54,888 nt of DNA from a virus (Duplodnaviria; Caudoviricetes). A program made the position numbers and the translations under genes. The number at the start of each line of letters is the position of its first letter. Position 1 is the stretch's first letter. Below the pieces are notes generated by a model. The model was not told the origin of the DNA, ran no database searches, and was given only the letters and a program-made list of their open reading frames with translations. Below, in pieces: positions 16,655-26,600 of the stretch. The stretch is from positions 1-54,888 of IMG/VR virus record IMGVR_UViG_3300020472_000033, one strand, 5' to 3'.

Positions 16655-17093
16655 TAGTCAGAAACAACGTGAGAGAGAGAAAAATATGATGTAGCAATAA
16701 CGTAAATGCCGTAAACGCCGTGAGTAGGTTCTCCCAATATGAATTGAAAACTATGTGGCATCGGAGGGGGATATTGGGTGTTCCTAGAGAATCATATTTC
16801 TGGTCTAGGGGCAAGGCAAGAGGGACGCAGCTCGCCACTGTACCGACTTTCGGAGTTCGGAGTAATACAGACCAACAAGGCCCAGAATGATTTTGTGAGT
16901 ATCATCTAGAAAACTCTCCACTGTATGCTCTAGTGAAGCTGAGATACTAACCCTGTCGCTGTCGGATGACCCATTAAGGAATACGGAGCGATTCAGAGTT
17001 GGGTGCCGAGAGAGAGAAGCATTAAGGTTGGTTGGACTCCAGTAAAGTTCCCAAATGTGGGTGGAGTTGGTAGTGTTGCTTCTCTCTCTTTTT
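16655..17093 (+). ncRNA. Candidate ~440-nt highly structured RNA of unrecognised family
   Basis: Own promoter, many helices, closing 13-bp stem + T tract, no ATG-initiated ORF at the RBS beyond ATG-ATG-TAG. Confidence 0.65.
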
Positions 17094-17117
17094 ATATATA
17101 ATATATAGGGGAATGTT

Positions 17118-17360
17118 ATGGTTACGGATGAGGAAATGAAAGAGTTTGGTAGAGAACTAGCAAAGCTCTGCTTCAAAAATGACCATCTAGATAATGAAAA
17201 AGCTATGATGATGGGTGCTATGCTCATGAAAACAGCTATGGAATTGTATGTTAGAATGCTGAAAGATGAAGATATTAATAATCTTTTGGATGTTGTAGCG
17301 GAAAGTCTTCCTAATATACGGTATATAACGGAAACTGAAATTGATAGAACGATTCATTAA
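17118..17360 (+). CDS. Hypothetical protein
   Basis: ORF with AGGGG RBS. Confidence 0.7.
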   Translation: MVTDEEMKEFGRELAKLCFKNDHLDNEKAMMMGAMLMKTAMELYVRMLKDEDINNLLDVVAESLPNIRYITETEIDRTIH

Positions 17361-17641
17361 TGGAGAATGTTATGAAAGTAGGTAGTGAAGTAGAGTATAA
17401 TACTGGCGATCGGCGAAAATCGGGCGAAGTGCTGGGTGTATACTCTGATAATTTTGATGAAGTGAAGGTAGATAGTGGTAAGTATCTTGGCCAAGAGGTT
17501 AAAGATATTCTGGTCTATTGGTCTAAGAAAACGAAATCTTGGAGGCCTGTAAAGGAAAAGGATATGGGTTCTATATTCTTTGAGATTAAGGGAAAGGGAA
17601 AAGATCCGATTGATTACGTATTGATTGAAGAATTGGTATGA
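17360..17641 (+). CDS. Hypothetical protein
   Basis: Coupled ORF. Confidence 0.7.
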   Translation: MENVMKVGSEVEYNTGDRRKSGEVLGVYSDNFDEVKVDSGKYLGQEVKDILVYWSKKTKSWRPVKEKDMGSIFFEIKGKGKDPIDYVLIEELV

Positions 17642-17886
17642 CTGAAGAGTATGAACAAACCGTACCAATGATACCACCAAATGTAACAGAAGTGGATCCA
17701 GAAGATTGGTATTTCTTTATTGAGTGGATAAAGCCTTCTCAATATAATGCATATCTACGAAAGGGATATGAACACGCAAAGATGGCATTTTTGGAGAAAG
17801 AAACCCAATGGGCTACCGTAAGACGTAAATTAGAAAAAGAAATGTTGTTCAAAAACATTGCTCAAGAGGTCACAACTACTAAATAA
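17638..17886 (+). CDS. Hypothetical protein
   Basis: ATGA overlap. Confidence 0.65.
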   Translation: MTEEYEQTVPMIPPNVTEVDPEDWYFFIEWIKPSQYNAYLRKGYEHAKMAFLEKETQWATVRRKLEKEMLFKNIAQEVTTTK

Positions 17887-17891
17887 ACCCT

Positions 17892-18083
17892 ATGAGTACT
17901 GATACAATAGTATATAGAGTAGTCAAAACACATAAAGAAGTGATATACGATGCCATTCCTTCCTATGAGGAAGCTTTTGTGGCAATGCAACAGGCAGAGG
18001 ATACTTCTGAACTTAGTATTGAACAATACAAGAAACCTTTATTTAAAGGAATACTAGGCAGAGATCCAGACCTACATCAGTAG
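17892..18083 (+). CDS. Hypothetical protein
   Basis: ORF ending LGRDPDLH; CTAAATA late-like motif upstream. Confidence 0.65.
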   Translation: MSTDTIVYRVVKTHKEVIYDAIPSYEEAFVAMQQAEDTSELSIEQYKKPLFKGILGRDPDLHQ

Positions 18084-18119
18084 TTCCTTATAAATATTCC
18101 GTAAGGAGTTTATAAGGAA
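18084..18119 (+). promoter_or_regulatory. Late promoter embedded in RBS-sequestering hairpin
   Basis: TTCCTTATAAA...TTTATAAGGAA arms; TATAAATA at 18089-18096. Confidence 0.8.
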
Positions 18120-18121
18120 AG

Positions 18122-19567
18122 ATGCTAGAAGAAAAAAGCAACTACATGGGCCATGATGGTTTCATATGGTTTGTAGGTGTTGTTGAAGATAGAAATGATC
18201 CAGAACGTGTAGGCAGAGTACGTGTAAGATGTTTAGGCCATCATACGGATGACTTAAATGAGATTGCAACGGATGACCTTCCTTGGGCTCACGTTATGCA
18301 TCCTGTTACTGATCCATCAATGCATGGATTAGGACATACCCCTTCCTTTCTTGTTGAAGGTTCTTGGGTTATTGGTTTCTTTAGGGATGCTGATGAAAAA
18401 CAACAACCAGTTATTTTAGGTTCTTTGCCTGGCTCTCCAGCATTTTCTGCTGATTGCAAGAAAGGGTTTAATGATCCTAGAAGTCCATTCTCCACACAAG
18501 ATGAATATACAGGAAAACCAGTATACGGGCCTTATCCAGTAGGGGCTGTAATTGATGATGAAGGTAATGAAAACACTATGTCTTCTGGTCATGTTACAGG
18601 TGAGCCTGATACGAATAGATTAGCAAGAGGTCAATCTTCCGAAACCCATAACTCTTTAGTAAATCGTAGAAAAGATAAAGTCACTAAGATTCCTATTGCG
18701 ACAAAACCCCATCTTCCTACAGTAGAATTAAATTCCACAGCTGAAACTCGTTCCACTTGGGATGAACTGGATCCAAAATCCATATTATCTACTGCTGACC
18801 CATATGTTTCAGCACAATATCCTTTTAACCACGTTCATGAAAGTGAATCTGGTCATATTAAGGAAATAGATGACACGCCTGGCGGAGAAAGATTATTTAC
18901 GCAACATAGTTCTGGAACTTTTGAGGAAATTCACCCAAAAGGTGACAAGATGGTTAAAGTTGTAGGTGATAACTATGAGATTATTGCTGGCTTCTCTAAT
19001 GTTCTTATTAAAGGTGATGTTAATATGACTGTAGAAGGTGATATGAGACAGTTGGTGAAAGGTGATTATGTTTTGGAGGTAGAAAAAGACTATACACTTA
19101 AAGTTGGTCAGAACCAAAGAACCAAAATCGGATATAAAGATGCTGGAGGGAACAGGGAAGAAGAAATTAAAGGAAATATTTCTACTAATGTCAATAGTGA
19201 CCACTTTACACGTATAGGTGGTTGGAAGAAGTGTACAGTTGGTACGCATAATGTTTTGATTGTTAATGATTATAGCAAAATGTCTATAGGTAAGAAGCTC
19301 TCAATAGCATCTTTAGGTAGTGATGTTAATATAACTGCAAAAAACAATATGACAATTACAACACTGTCTGGTATTTCCTCGTTCAAGTCTGGAAATAAAC
19401 TTAATATTAAATCAGCTGACCAAATGGTTATTCATACTGAAGCAACTGGATTAAACATTACTTCTGCTGGAGCAGTATTAGAAACATTTGGTGCTGGTCA
19501 AGATACAAATATTACAGGTACTTGGACTTGTGATACTACAGGTAATATAGAACTTAATAATAGTTAG
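18122..19567 (+). CDS. gp5: Baseplate hub spike (gp5-like; OB-fold + beta-helix, no lysozyme domain evident)
   Basis: WFVGVVEDRNDPERVGRVRVRCLGHH, LPWA, YPFNHVHESESGHIKEIDDTPG, VxGD repeats. Confidence 0.93.
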   Translation: MLEEKSNYMGHDGFIWFVGVVEDRNDPERVGRVRVRCLGHHTDDLNEIATDDLPWAHVMHPVTDPSMHGLGHTPSFLVEGSWVIGFFRDADEKQQPVILGSLPGSPAFSADCKKGFNDPRSPFSTQDEYTGKPVYGPYPVGAVIDDEGNENTMSSGHVTGEPDTNRLARGQSSETHNSLVNRRKDKVTKIPIATKPHLPTVELNSTAETRSTWDELDPKSILSTADPYVSAQYPFNHVHESESGHIKEIDDTPGGERLFTQHSSGTFEEIHPKGDKMVKVVGDNYEIIAGFSNVLIKGDVNMTVEGDMRQLVKGDYVLEVEKDYTLKVGQNQRTKIGYKDAGGNREEEIKGNISTNVNSDHFTRIGGWKKCTVGTHNVLIVNDYSKMSIGKKLSIASLGSDVNITAKNNMTITTLSGISSFKSGNKLNIKSADQMVIHTEATGLNITSAGAVLETFGAGQDTNITGTWTCDTTGNIELNNS

Positions 19568-19575
19568 GAAAAATA

Positions 19576-19863
19576 ATGCCAGGAGTACATTTACACGGTT
19601 ATACAAGGGTTTGTTCTGCAACAACCATAGCATCTGCAAAAAGAGTATATTCGGATGGTGGTAGATTGTGGGCAATAAATGGTGATGTAAATTCTCATGG
19701 TGCTGGTAATTTGATTGCTGGTAGTCGTAGAGTTTTCTCTAATGGTCAAGCGATTGTTAATCATACACCAGATGGTAGTGCGGCTGATTCTCTATGTCCA
19801 GCTCCACTACATTGTGCCCCAATTACATCCCAAGGGTTTGCTAAAGTTATTGTGGGAGATTAA
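19576..19863 (+). CDS. PAAR-like spike tip (gp5.4-like)
   Basis: 95 aa after gp5; Cys/His pattern, ends KVIVGD. Confidence 0.75.
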   Translation: MPGVHLHGYTRVCSATTIASAKRVYSDGGRLWAINGDVNSHGAGNLIAGSRRVFSNGQAIVNHTPDGSAADSLCPAPLHCAPITSQGFAKVIVGD

Positions 19864-19865
19864 AT

Positions 19866-20846
19866 ATGATATGTGGCCAAAGTACAGAGTTTAAAAATAT
19901 TTTAGAAAAATTTGATAATTTAGAATCTCAAATAACTGGTGGTTTGGAAACTACTGCTTCAGCTTTAGCTGCAAATTTAAATGTTGATTTAAATCTATTA
20001 GATTTAGATGTTCAAAAAATGATCCCAGCATTACCTACTGTGGAAGGTTTAAGTTTAACAGACCAAATGAATAATTTATTATCTATGGGTGCTGGTACTA
20101 TTGATTATACATCACAACTTGCAAGTATAACAAAGAATTTTGGCCCAGCTTTAACAACTGCTGGATATAGTTTGGATAGTATTGTCTCTGAAGCAGCTGC
20201 AGCTTTAGGTGGTGGTTTGGATATATGTGGAAGTATACCTAATATGAATTTACCGTCTGGAGCTACAGATGCAATAGAAGAAGCAAAAAAGGCTTTAGAA
20301 CCTACTATAGATTCTCTTTCGGAAACAATATCTGAAGTTGCAACTAGTACAGAAATGGAAAATCTTAAAAAGTCTTTGGAAGATACAGCTGCAAAATGGA
20401 AATCGGAAAGTGGTAGTATACCTTCCGCTCTAAAGGAATCAAAAGAAACTATACAAGTTGCTTATGAGGCTGGAATAAAGGATGTTGCATCGGCCGCTTC
20501 TATGGTAACTAAAAGTGATGCTGGAAAAGCAAGTAGTAGGTCTAATTTTAATTCTAAAGGAGTTGCAACTCAACGATCTTTGATACACATGACGTTTAAA
20601 ACTGGTGGTAAAGAAAAAATTTCTATGCCTAATTGGCCTGAAATAACATTAAATCATGAACCTTTAAATGTTTTATCAATACGTGTTGTGGAAAAAGAAG
20701 GAAATTCATACAAAGGTCGTAGAATTACAGATTATTCAATATCTGGTAAAACATTATTTCTAGGAGATTTAAATCCTGTAGATCAGTTTCATTCAGTAAG
20801 TGTTATATATTGGGGTTTAGATACAGTGGATAGCAGATGGGCATAA
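19866..20846 (+). CDS. Hypothetical (probable virion) protein
   Basis: Helical N-terminus; lies in baseplate operon. Confidence 0.7.
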   Translation: MICGQSTEFKNILEKFDNLESQITGGLETTASALAANLNVDLNLLDLDVQKMIPALPTVEGLSLTDQMNNLLSMGAGTIDYTSQLASITKNFGPALTTAGYSLDSIVSEAAAALGGGLDICGSIPNMNLPSGATDAIEEAKKALEPTIDSLSETISEVATSTEMENLKKSLEDTAAKWKSESGSIPSALKESKETIQVAYEAGIKDVASAASMVTKSDAGKASSRSNFNSKGVATQRSLIHMTFKTGGKEKISMPNWPEITLNHEPLNVLSIRVVEKEGNSYKGRRITDYSISGKTLFLGDLNPVDQFHSVSVIYWGLDTVDSRWA

Positions 20847-21055
20847 TGTATATAATAAAAAGGAAGATTCTAGTCACCTTGAATGTCTACTATTGGTTGC
20901 CAGATTACCAAAACATTTTACAGCAGTTTGTTTGGCAAACATTAGATACTAAACCAAAATACCCAAGGGTACATAAATTTTTAGATTATTGGCATAACAA
21001 TATAGATGCTATAGTAAATGAAGTTCAAATATGTGAAAATGAAAGGAACACATAA
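20837..21055 (+). CDS. usg: Usg-family protein
   Basis: YYWLPDYQNILQQFVWQTLD..PKYPRVHKFLDYW...I resembles the alphaproteobacterial Usg pattern. Confidence 0.75.
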   Translation: MGIMYIIKRKILVTLNVYYWLPDYQNILQQFVWQTLDTKPKYPRVHKFLDYWHNNIDAIVNEVQICENERNT

Positions 21056-21327
21056 TGGGAAAGAAAAAGAAAAGTGAAGGATACACCTCAAAAGGTGAAC
21101 ATAAAAATGTTAATAAAAGTATACTAAAAGCAATGCGAAGGGATTATTTAAAGTCTGGTCAAAGGTTATCTAACCAACAAAAGGCCTTTTCTTTAGGTAA
21201 AAGAGTTATGGTTACCATTCCAAATCCTAGTGCTAAAGTGGAGACTAACAAACCTTTTATTCGTGTAACTGCAAAAGAGGCTGGTTGGAAAAAACAAGAA
21301 GCATTTAGGATGAAACAGGAGGGTTAG
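21055..21327 (+). CDS. Basic hypothetical protein
   Basis: YTSKGE...TIPNP...TNKPFIRV motif. Confidence 0.75.
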   Translation: MGKKKKSEGYTSKGEHKNVNKSILKAMRRDYLKSGQRLSNQQKAFSLGKRVMVTIPNPSAKVETNKPFIRVTAKEAGWKKQEAFRMKQEG

Positions 21328-21330
21328 TAT

Positions 21331-21338
21331 TATAAATA
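21331..21338 (+). promoter_or_regulatory. Late promoter TATAAATA
   Basis: Exact consensus before gp25. Confidence 0.8.
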
Positions 21339-21356
21339 ATCCTATAGGAGTCTAAA

Positions 21357-21785
21357 ATGGCAATTATAGATGCACAACTTACGAATAATTCAGAACGTAA
21401 TGCACAAAGATATAAAGATTTGGATTTATTTTTTGCTTTTAAGTCCTCTACTAAAGATATTAATAAAGTAACGGATATCTTAGCAGTAAAAAGATCAGTT
21501 AGAAATCTTATATTAACAAATAATTATGAAAAACCTTTTCATCCAGAAATAGGTTCTGGTATTAGAGGACTTCTTTTTGAGCCATTAACTCCAATTACAG
21601 CAGCTGTTTTATCTAGAAAAGTAGAAGATGTTATAGAAAATTTTGAACCAAGGGCAAGATTAATTGGTGTACGGGCTTATCCCAATTTAGATAAAAATGC
21701 CTATGAAATTACTGTAGAATTTTATGTTGTAAATGCACCCACAGAATTAGTAAACATGGATATGTTGTTAGAGAGAGTACGATAA
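21357..21785 (+). CDS. gp25: Baseplate wedge / sheath initiator
   Basis: YKDLDL, AVKRSVRNLILTN.YEKPFHPEIGS, FEPRA. Confidence 0.95.
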   Translation: MAIIDAQLTNNSERNAQRYKDLDLFFAFKSSTKDINKVTDILAVKRSVRNLILTNNYEKPFHPEIGSGIRGLLFEPLTPITAAVLSRKVEDVIENFEPRARLIGVRAYPNLDKNAYEITVEFYVVNAPTELVNMDMLLERVR

Positions 21786-23689
21786 TGGCCAATAATAAAA
21801 AATTAAGAGTAACAGAGTTTGATTTTGATGATATTAAATCAAACCTAAAAACCTTTTTAAAAAATCAAACGGAATTTACGGATTATGATTTTGAAGGTTC
21901 TGGAATGTCCGCTTTGTTAGATGTTCTTGCGTATAATACTCATTATCTTGGGTACAATATGAATATGTTAGCAAATGAAATGTTTCTAGATAGTTCTGTT
22001 TTAAGGTCTAGTGCTGTATCACACGCAAAAACACTAGGATATGAACCATCTTCTTCTACAACTGCTACTGCATCTGTTACTGTTAATTTAAATACTACTT
22101 CTGTAACAACTGCTACAATGCCAGCTGGTACTAAATTTTCAACTAAAATTTTAGATAAGAATTATTCTTTTGTAACTTTAGATGATGTTACTGCTTCAAA
22201 TATAGGAACTACTATTCCATATGAGAATATAAAAATATATGAAGGTAGTTTAATTACTAGTCGGTACATTGTGGACACTAATGATATTGCTCAAAAATTT
22301 ATTATTAATGATCCAAATATAGATACATCAACATTACGAGTTAAAGTTCAAAATTCTGCTTCAGACAGTACTATTTTAGTATATACAAAAACAACAGATA
22401 TCACCCAAGTATCATCTTCATCACAAACTTTTTGGTTACAAGAAATAGATGGTGGTAGATTTGAAGTTTATTTTGGTGATGGGGTTATTGGTAAAAAATT
22501 AGAGGATGGTAATATTGTATTGCTAACATATGTTGTTTCTAATAAAGAACTAGGAAATGGGGCTTCAACTTTTACAAATACTGGAGCTATTGCTACTGTT
22601 TCAGATATAACTGTAACAACTATTGCATCTTCTACAGGAGGTGCTGAAAGGGAAAGTATATCATCTATTAAAACAAATGCACCTTTAGATTATGCTTCTC
22701 AAGGCAGAGCTGTTACTACAGAAGATTATAAGGTTTATGTTAAAAAATTATACGCAAATACTGAGTCTGTACAAGTATGGGGCGGAGAAAATGGATCATT
22801 TGATTCTAGTTTAGGAGTAGTTAGTACTCCAGAATACGGTAAAGTTTTTATTTCAGTTAAAACAACTACAGGAAATAATTTAACATCAGCTGAAAAATCA
22901 TCTATAGAAACACAATTAGGCAGATATAAAGTAGCATCTATTACACCTGTAGTTGTTGATCCAGAAACTACATATTTAATATTAATTACAAAGTTTAAAT
23001 ACAATCAAAATGCAACTACCAAAACTTCAGAGGATTTAGTTAATTCTGTTAATAATACTTTAACAAATTATAACAATAATACTTTGAAAAAATTTAATAG
23101 TGTGTTTAGACATTCAGAAATTACCAGTTTTATTGATAACTCTCATACTAGTATTTTAAACAATCAAACTACTGTTAATTTAGGTAAGTTTATAACACCA
23201 ACTTTAAATTCTAAAGTTGGATATAATATTATTTTTTCAAATAAACTTTTTAATCCGTACAGTGGTTATAATGACACAAAAGGTGGTATTTTAGCTTCCA
23301 CAGGATTTTTTATAAGTGGAGATGCTACTAATGAACATTTTTTTGATGATGATGGAAAAGGAAATTTAAGATTATATTATATGGTAGGAAGTTCAAGAGT
23401 ATATACAAATGCTACTGCTGGTACAGTAGATTATGCTGATGGTAGTGTTGCTATTACATCTCTTAATATAACTTCTATTTCTAAAGTTGATGGTGTAGCT
23501 TCCACAAAAATTAGAATTACAGTAGTTCCAGAATCAAAGGACATTGTTCCTGTACGTAATCAAGTTTTAGAAATTGATTTAATTAATACTTCTATTGTAG
23601 GAGAAGTTGATACTATAGCATCTGGAGATGTTGGTGCTTCTGGTACATATACAACAAATTCTTCTTTCCCAACAAATCAGGCGTTCTAA
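21785..23689 (+). CDS. gp6: Baseplate wedge subunit
   Basis: DFDDIK..LK.FL, DYDFEGSGMS.LLDVLAYNTHY, RAVTTEDY. Confidence 0.95.
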   Translation: MANNKKLRVTEFDFDDIKSNLKTFLKNQTEFTDYDFEGSGMSALLDVLAYNTHYLGYNMNMLANEMFLDSSVLRSSAVSHAKTLGYEPSSSTTATASVTVNLNTTSVTTATMPAGTKFSTKILDKNYSFVTLDDVTASNIGTTIPYENIKIYEGSLITSRYIVDTNDIAQKFIINDPNIDTSTLRVKVQNSASDSTILVYTKTTDITQVSSSSQTFWLQEIDGGRFEVYFGDGVIGKKLEDGNIVLLTYVVSNKELGNGASTFTNTGAIATVSDITVTTIASSTGGAERESISSIKTNAPLDYASQGRAVTTEDYKVYVKKLYANTESVQVWGGENGSFDSSLGVVSTPEYGKVFISVKTTTGNNLTSAEKSSIETQLGRYKVASITPVVVDPETTYLILITKFKYNQNATTKTSEDLVNSVNNTLTNYNNNTLKKFNSVFRHSEITSFIDNSHTSILNNQTTVNLGKFITPTLNSKVGYNIIFSNKLFNPYSGYNDTKGGILASTGFFISGDATNEHFFDDDGKGNLRLYYMVGSSRVYTNATAGTVDYADGSVAITSLNITSISKVDGVASTKIRITVVPESKDIVPVRNQVLEIDLINTSIVGEVDTIASGDVGASGTYTTNSSFPTNQAF

Positions 23690-23692
23690 ACA

Positions 23693-26600
23693 ATGAGTAT
23701 GAATGAAACAAAATTGGTGACTAAAGTTTCACCTTTGATAGAAGGTCAAGTGCCTGACTTTATTCAGGCCGATCATTCAAAGTTTGTTTCTTTCTTAACT
23801 TCTTATTACCAATTTTTAGAATCAGGCGAATTAAAACTAACACTATCAATTGATAGGTTACGTTCTGAAGTTGAAAGTTTAGACTATATTTTAGAAGAAG
23901 GTGGAGATAAAATTGTTCTAGAGGAAGGTGCTGGTTCAACTGGTAAATTTGTTAATAATGAAACTATTACTGGTTCTATTTCTAAAGCTACTGCTAAAGT
24001 TCTTGTTGAAGATACAAGTAACGGAAGAATTTTTATATCATCTAACCAAAGATTTGAAACTGGTGAAACTGTAACTGGTTCTGTTTCTGGTGCTGTTGGT
24101 ACTGTAACTTCATATCGTGGAAACCCTATTCAAAATATTCAACAATTATTAGAATATGCAAATGTAGATAATACAATCTTTGATTTCTTAGATAATTTCC
24201 GTGACCAGTTTATGAACGCAATTCCATCAACTCTTGCTGATGGTGTTTCAAAAAGAAAATTATTAAAAACTATAAAACAGTTATATACAGCAAAAGGAAC
24301 TTCTGAAGGACACAAAACCTTTTTACGGATGATACTAAATCAAGAAGCAGATATTTATTATCCAGAAGTTGATATGTTAAGGGTTTCTGACGGCCAATGG
24401 AATTATATAACTTCTTTAAGAGTCACAGCTCAAGTAAATTCCAATTCAGATGAGATTCTTAATCAACAAATTACAGGAGCAATTTCTGGAGCTACTGCTA
24501 TAGTTGTATCAATAGTAGGATTTTCTCAAGGAACAGATTCTATTTCTGAATTAGAAATAGATCCTAATTCTTTAAATGGTAGTTTTATAGATGGAGAAAC
24601 TATTACTGCTGTTTCAACTACAAGAGATATTCTTCAAAAATTTACTGTTAGAAAAATTGTTAATAATGGTACAATATTAGATAAAGGTATATTGCATACA
24701 TCAAATGAAGCTATTAGTTTACAGAGTACAGGTAATACATATGCAGAGGCTAGAATTGATGTTGTAGATGTAGGTTCTCTTAAATCTGTTTATGTAGATG
24801 AAGGTGGTAGTGGTTATAGAATTGGAGATGCTTTAACTTTTACTGGTGGCGGAGCAAATAGTAGTACTGCAGCTGGTTTTGTTGGAACTACTGGTTCTTT
24901 TTTAATACTAGAAGATGGTAATAATATTTTAAGTGAAGATACAACTTCACAATCATTTGTTCCTTTAGATATAGGATTAGAATCTGCTACTGTTCCTCTT
25001 GCTAATGGAACTTTTGTGGATGGTAATAAATTATTATTAGATAGAACACATACTAGCGGAACTGATGCTAATCATCATCTTGTACACGAAATTTCTGAGT
25101 GGAATATAAATTTAGACCAATGGAGCTCTATTGATGGTGACCAAATAGTTTTAGAAGAAGGTACTGACCCCACATCTAATGATGCTATTTCTAAAGTTTA
25201 TTTAACAAATGAAGGAAATGGATATTCTTCATTACCTACAATTGGAGTTACTTCAACTTTGGGAACAGGTGCTAAAATTATTGCAACTACTGATGATATA
25301 GGAAGAGCTCTTTCTGTAAAAATTACTGACCCAGGCTTTAATTATCCTATTGCACCAGAAGCTACTTTTTATACACATCTAATATTAAGAGATGTAACTA
25401 ATACAACATTTACTTCTGGAAGTTTATTAACAACTAATACTGGCACTGTTTATACTTATAATAATAATCCACAAATACTTTCAGTATTGTTAGATAATAG
25501 TGGAGATATTTTAACAGAGGATGGGAAAGATATTTGTTTTGAAGATGGTGATAAATTAACTTCTGAAGGTTCTGTTTTAGAAGGAGAAACTATTACTTGT
25601 GCTTCTGGCGGAACTGGAAAAGTACTTGTATCGGATACAGGTAATAGTAAACTAGATGTTGGTACACTAATATCATATCCTGGCGATTATACATCTTATC
25701 GTAATAAAATTGGTGAATCAGTTGTAAGAATACAAGATTCTAAATATTACCAACAATTCTCCTATGAAGTAAGAGTTGGCGCAGCTTTAGTTGAGTATAT
25801 GGATTCTTTAAAGAAAGCTGTTCATCCTTCTGGATTTTTACCTTTTGGTAAAGTTTCTATAGCTTCTCAAGTATCAGCTGCATTAAGTATTCCAGCTGGT
25901 AAAGATGTACCAGACTTTACTGCTGATACAGAAACCTTTACACCAGAACTTGCAAGTACATTTGAAAATCTCTTTACAACAGTTTTTGGTAGAAGACTTG
26001 GAACTGAGACTGATGGTAGTGTTTTTCCTGTAGAAGAAGCAAATCTACTTTTGGAGGATAATCAATTTGTTCTTTTGGAAGATGGTGAAAAAATTATTAC
26101 TACCAGACCTAATTCACTTGAAGGTTCAAGTACTAATTTATCTGAAGGTGAAAGAGATGTAACTTTAAAACAAAAAACAGAAATTGTATTGTCAATGCCT
26201 ACGACAAATACATCTAATCCAAATGCTTTAAAAAATCTTAATATACATCCTTTCTTTGGGTCTGCATTAACAATAGAACTTGAAACACAAACACAAGTTG
26301 AGGGTTCTTCTGTAACCTTTGATGATACTCAACCAGACGGTGCTGGTGGTGAAGATTTCTCTGATACTGGAATAGATTTTTCTAGTGGAAATACGCCAGG
26401 AGGTAGTTTGGTATTAAATGGAGAATATTCTGATCTAGCTTATGAAACAAATACCCTTATGAATACATTTGAAAATATTATGATAGAAGAAAGAGATAGG
26501 AGAGATGAAAGTGGCCCAAGATTTGACCTTATTGGTAATATAAGGTTTAATGAATTTTTAACTTATAATAATATTAACTTTGTTCAAGAAGATGGTGATA

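Noticed and set aside
16655-17093. tmRNA, RNase P, group I/II intron or hammerhead identity
   Set aside because: No tRNA-like acceptor/T arm with CCA or tag ending in Ala-Ala, no GAGGAAAGUCC, no interrupted gene, no CUGAUGA/GAAA core found by eye
16599-17227. Minus-strand ORFs 16599-16838 and 16805-17227
   Set aside because: Antisense to a promoter-driven unit and a real gene; no recognisable motifs; GC-rich DNA yields spurious ORFs
18122-19567. Tail lysozyme domain in gp5
   Set aside because: No T4-lysozyme catalytic motif seen; the region between OB-fold and beta-helix looks like a Pro-rich linker
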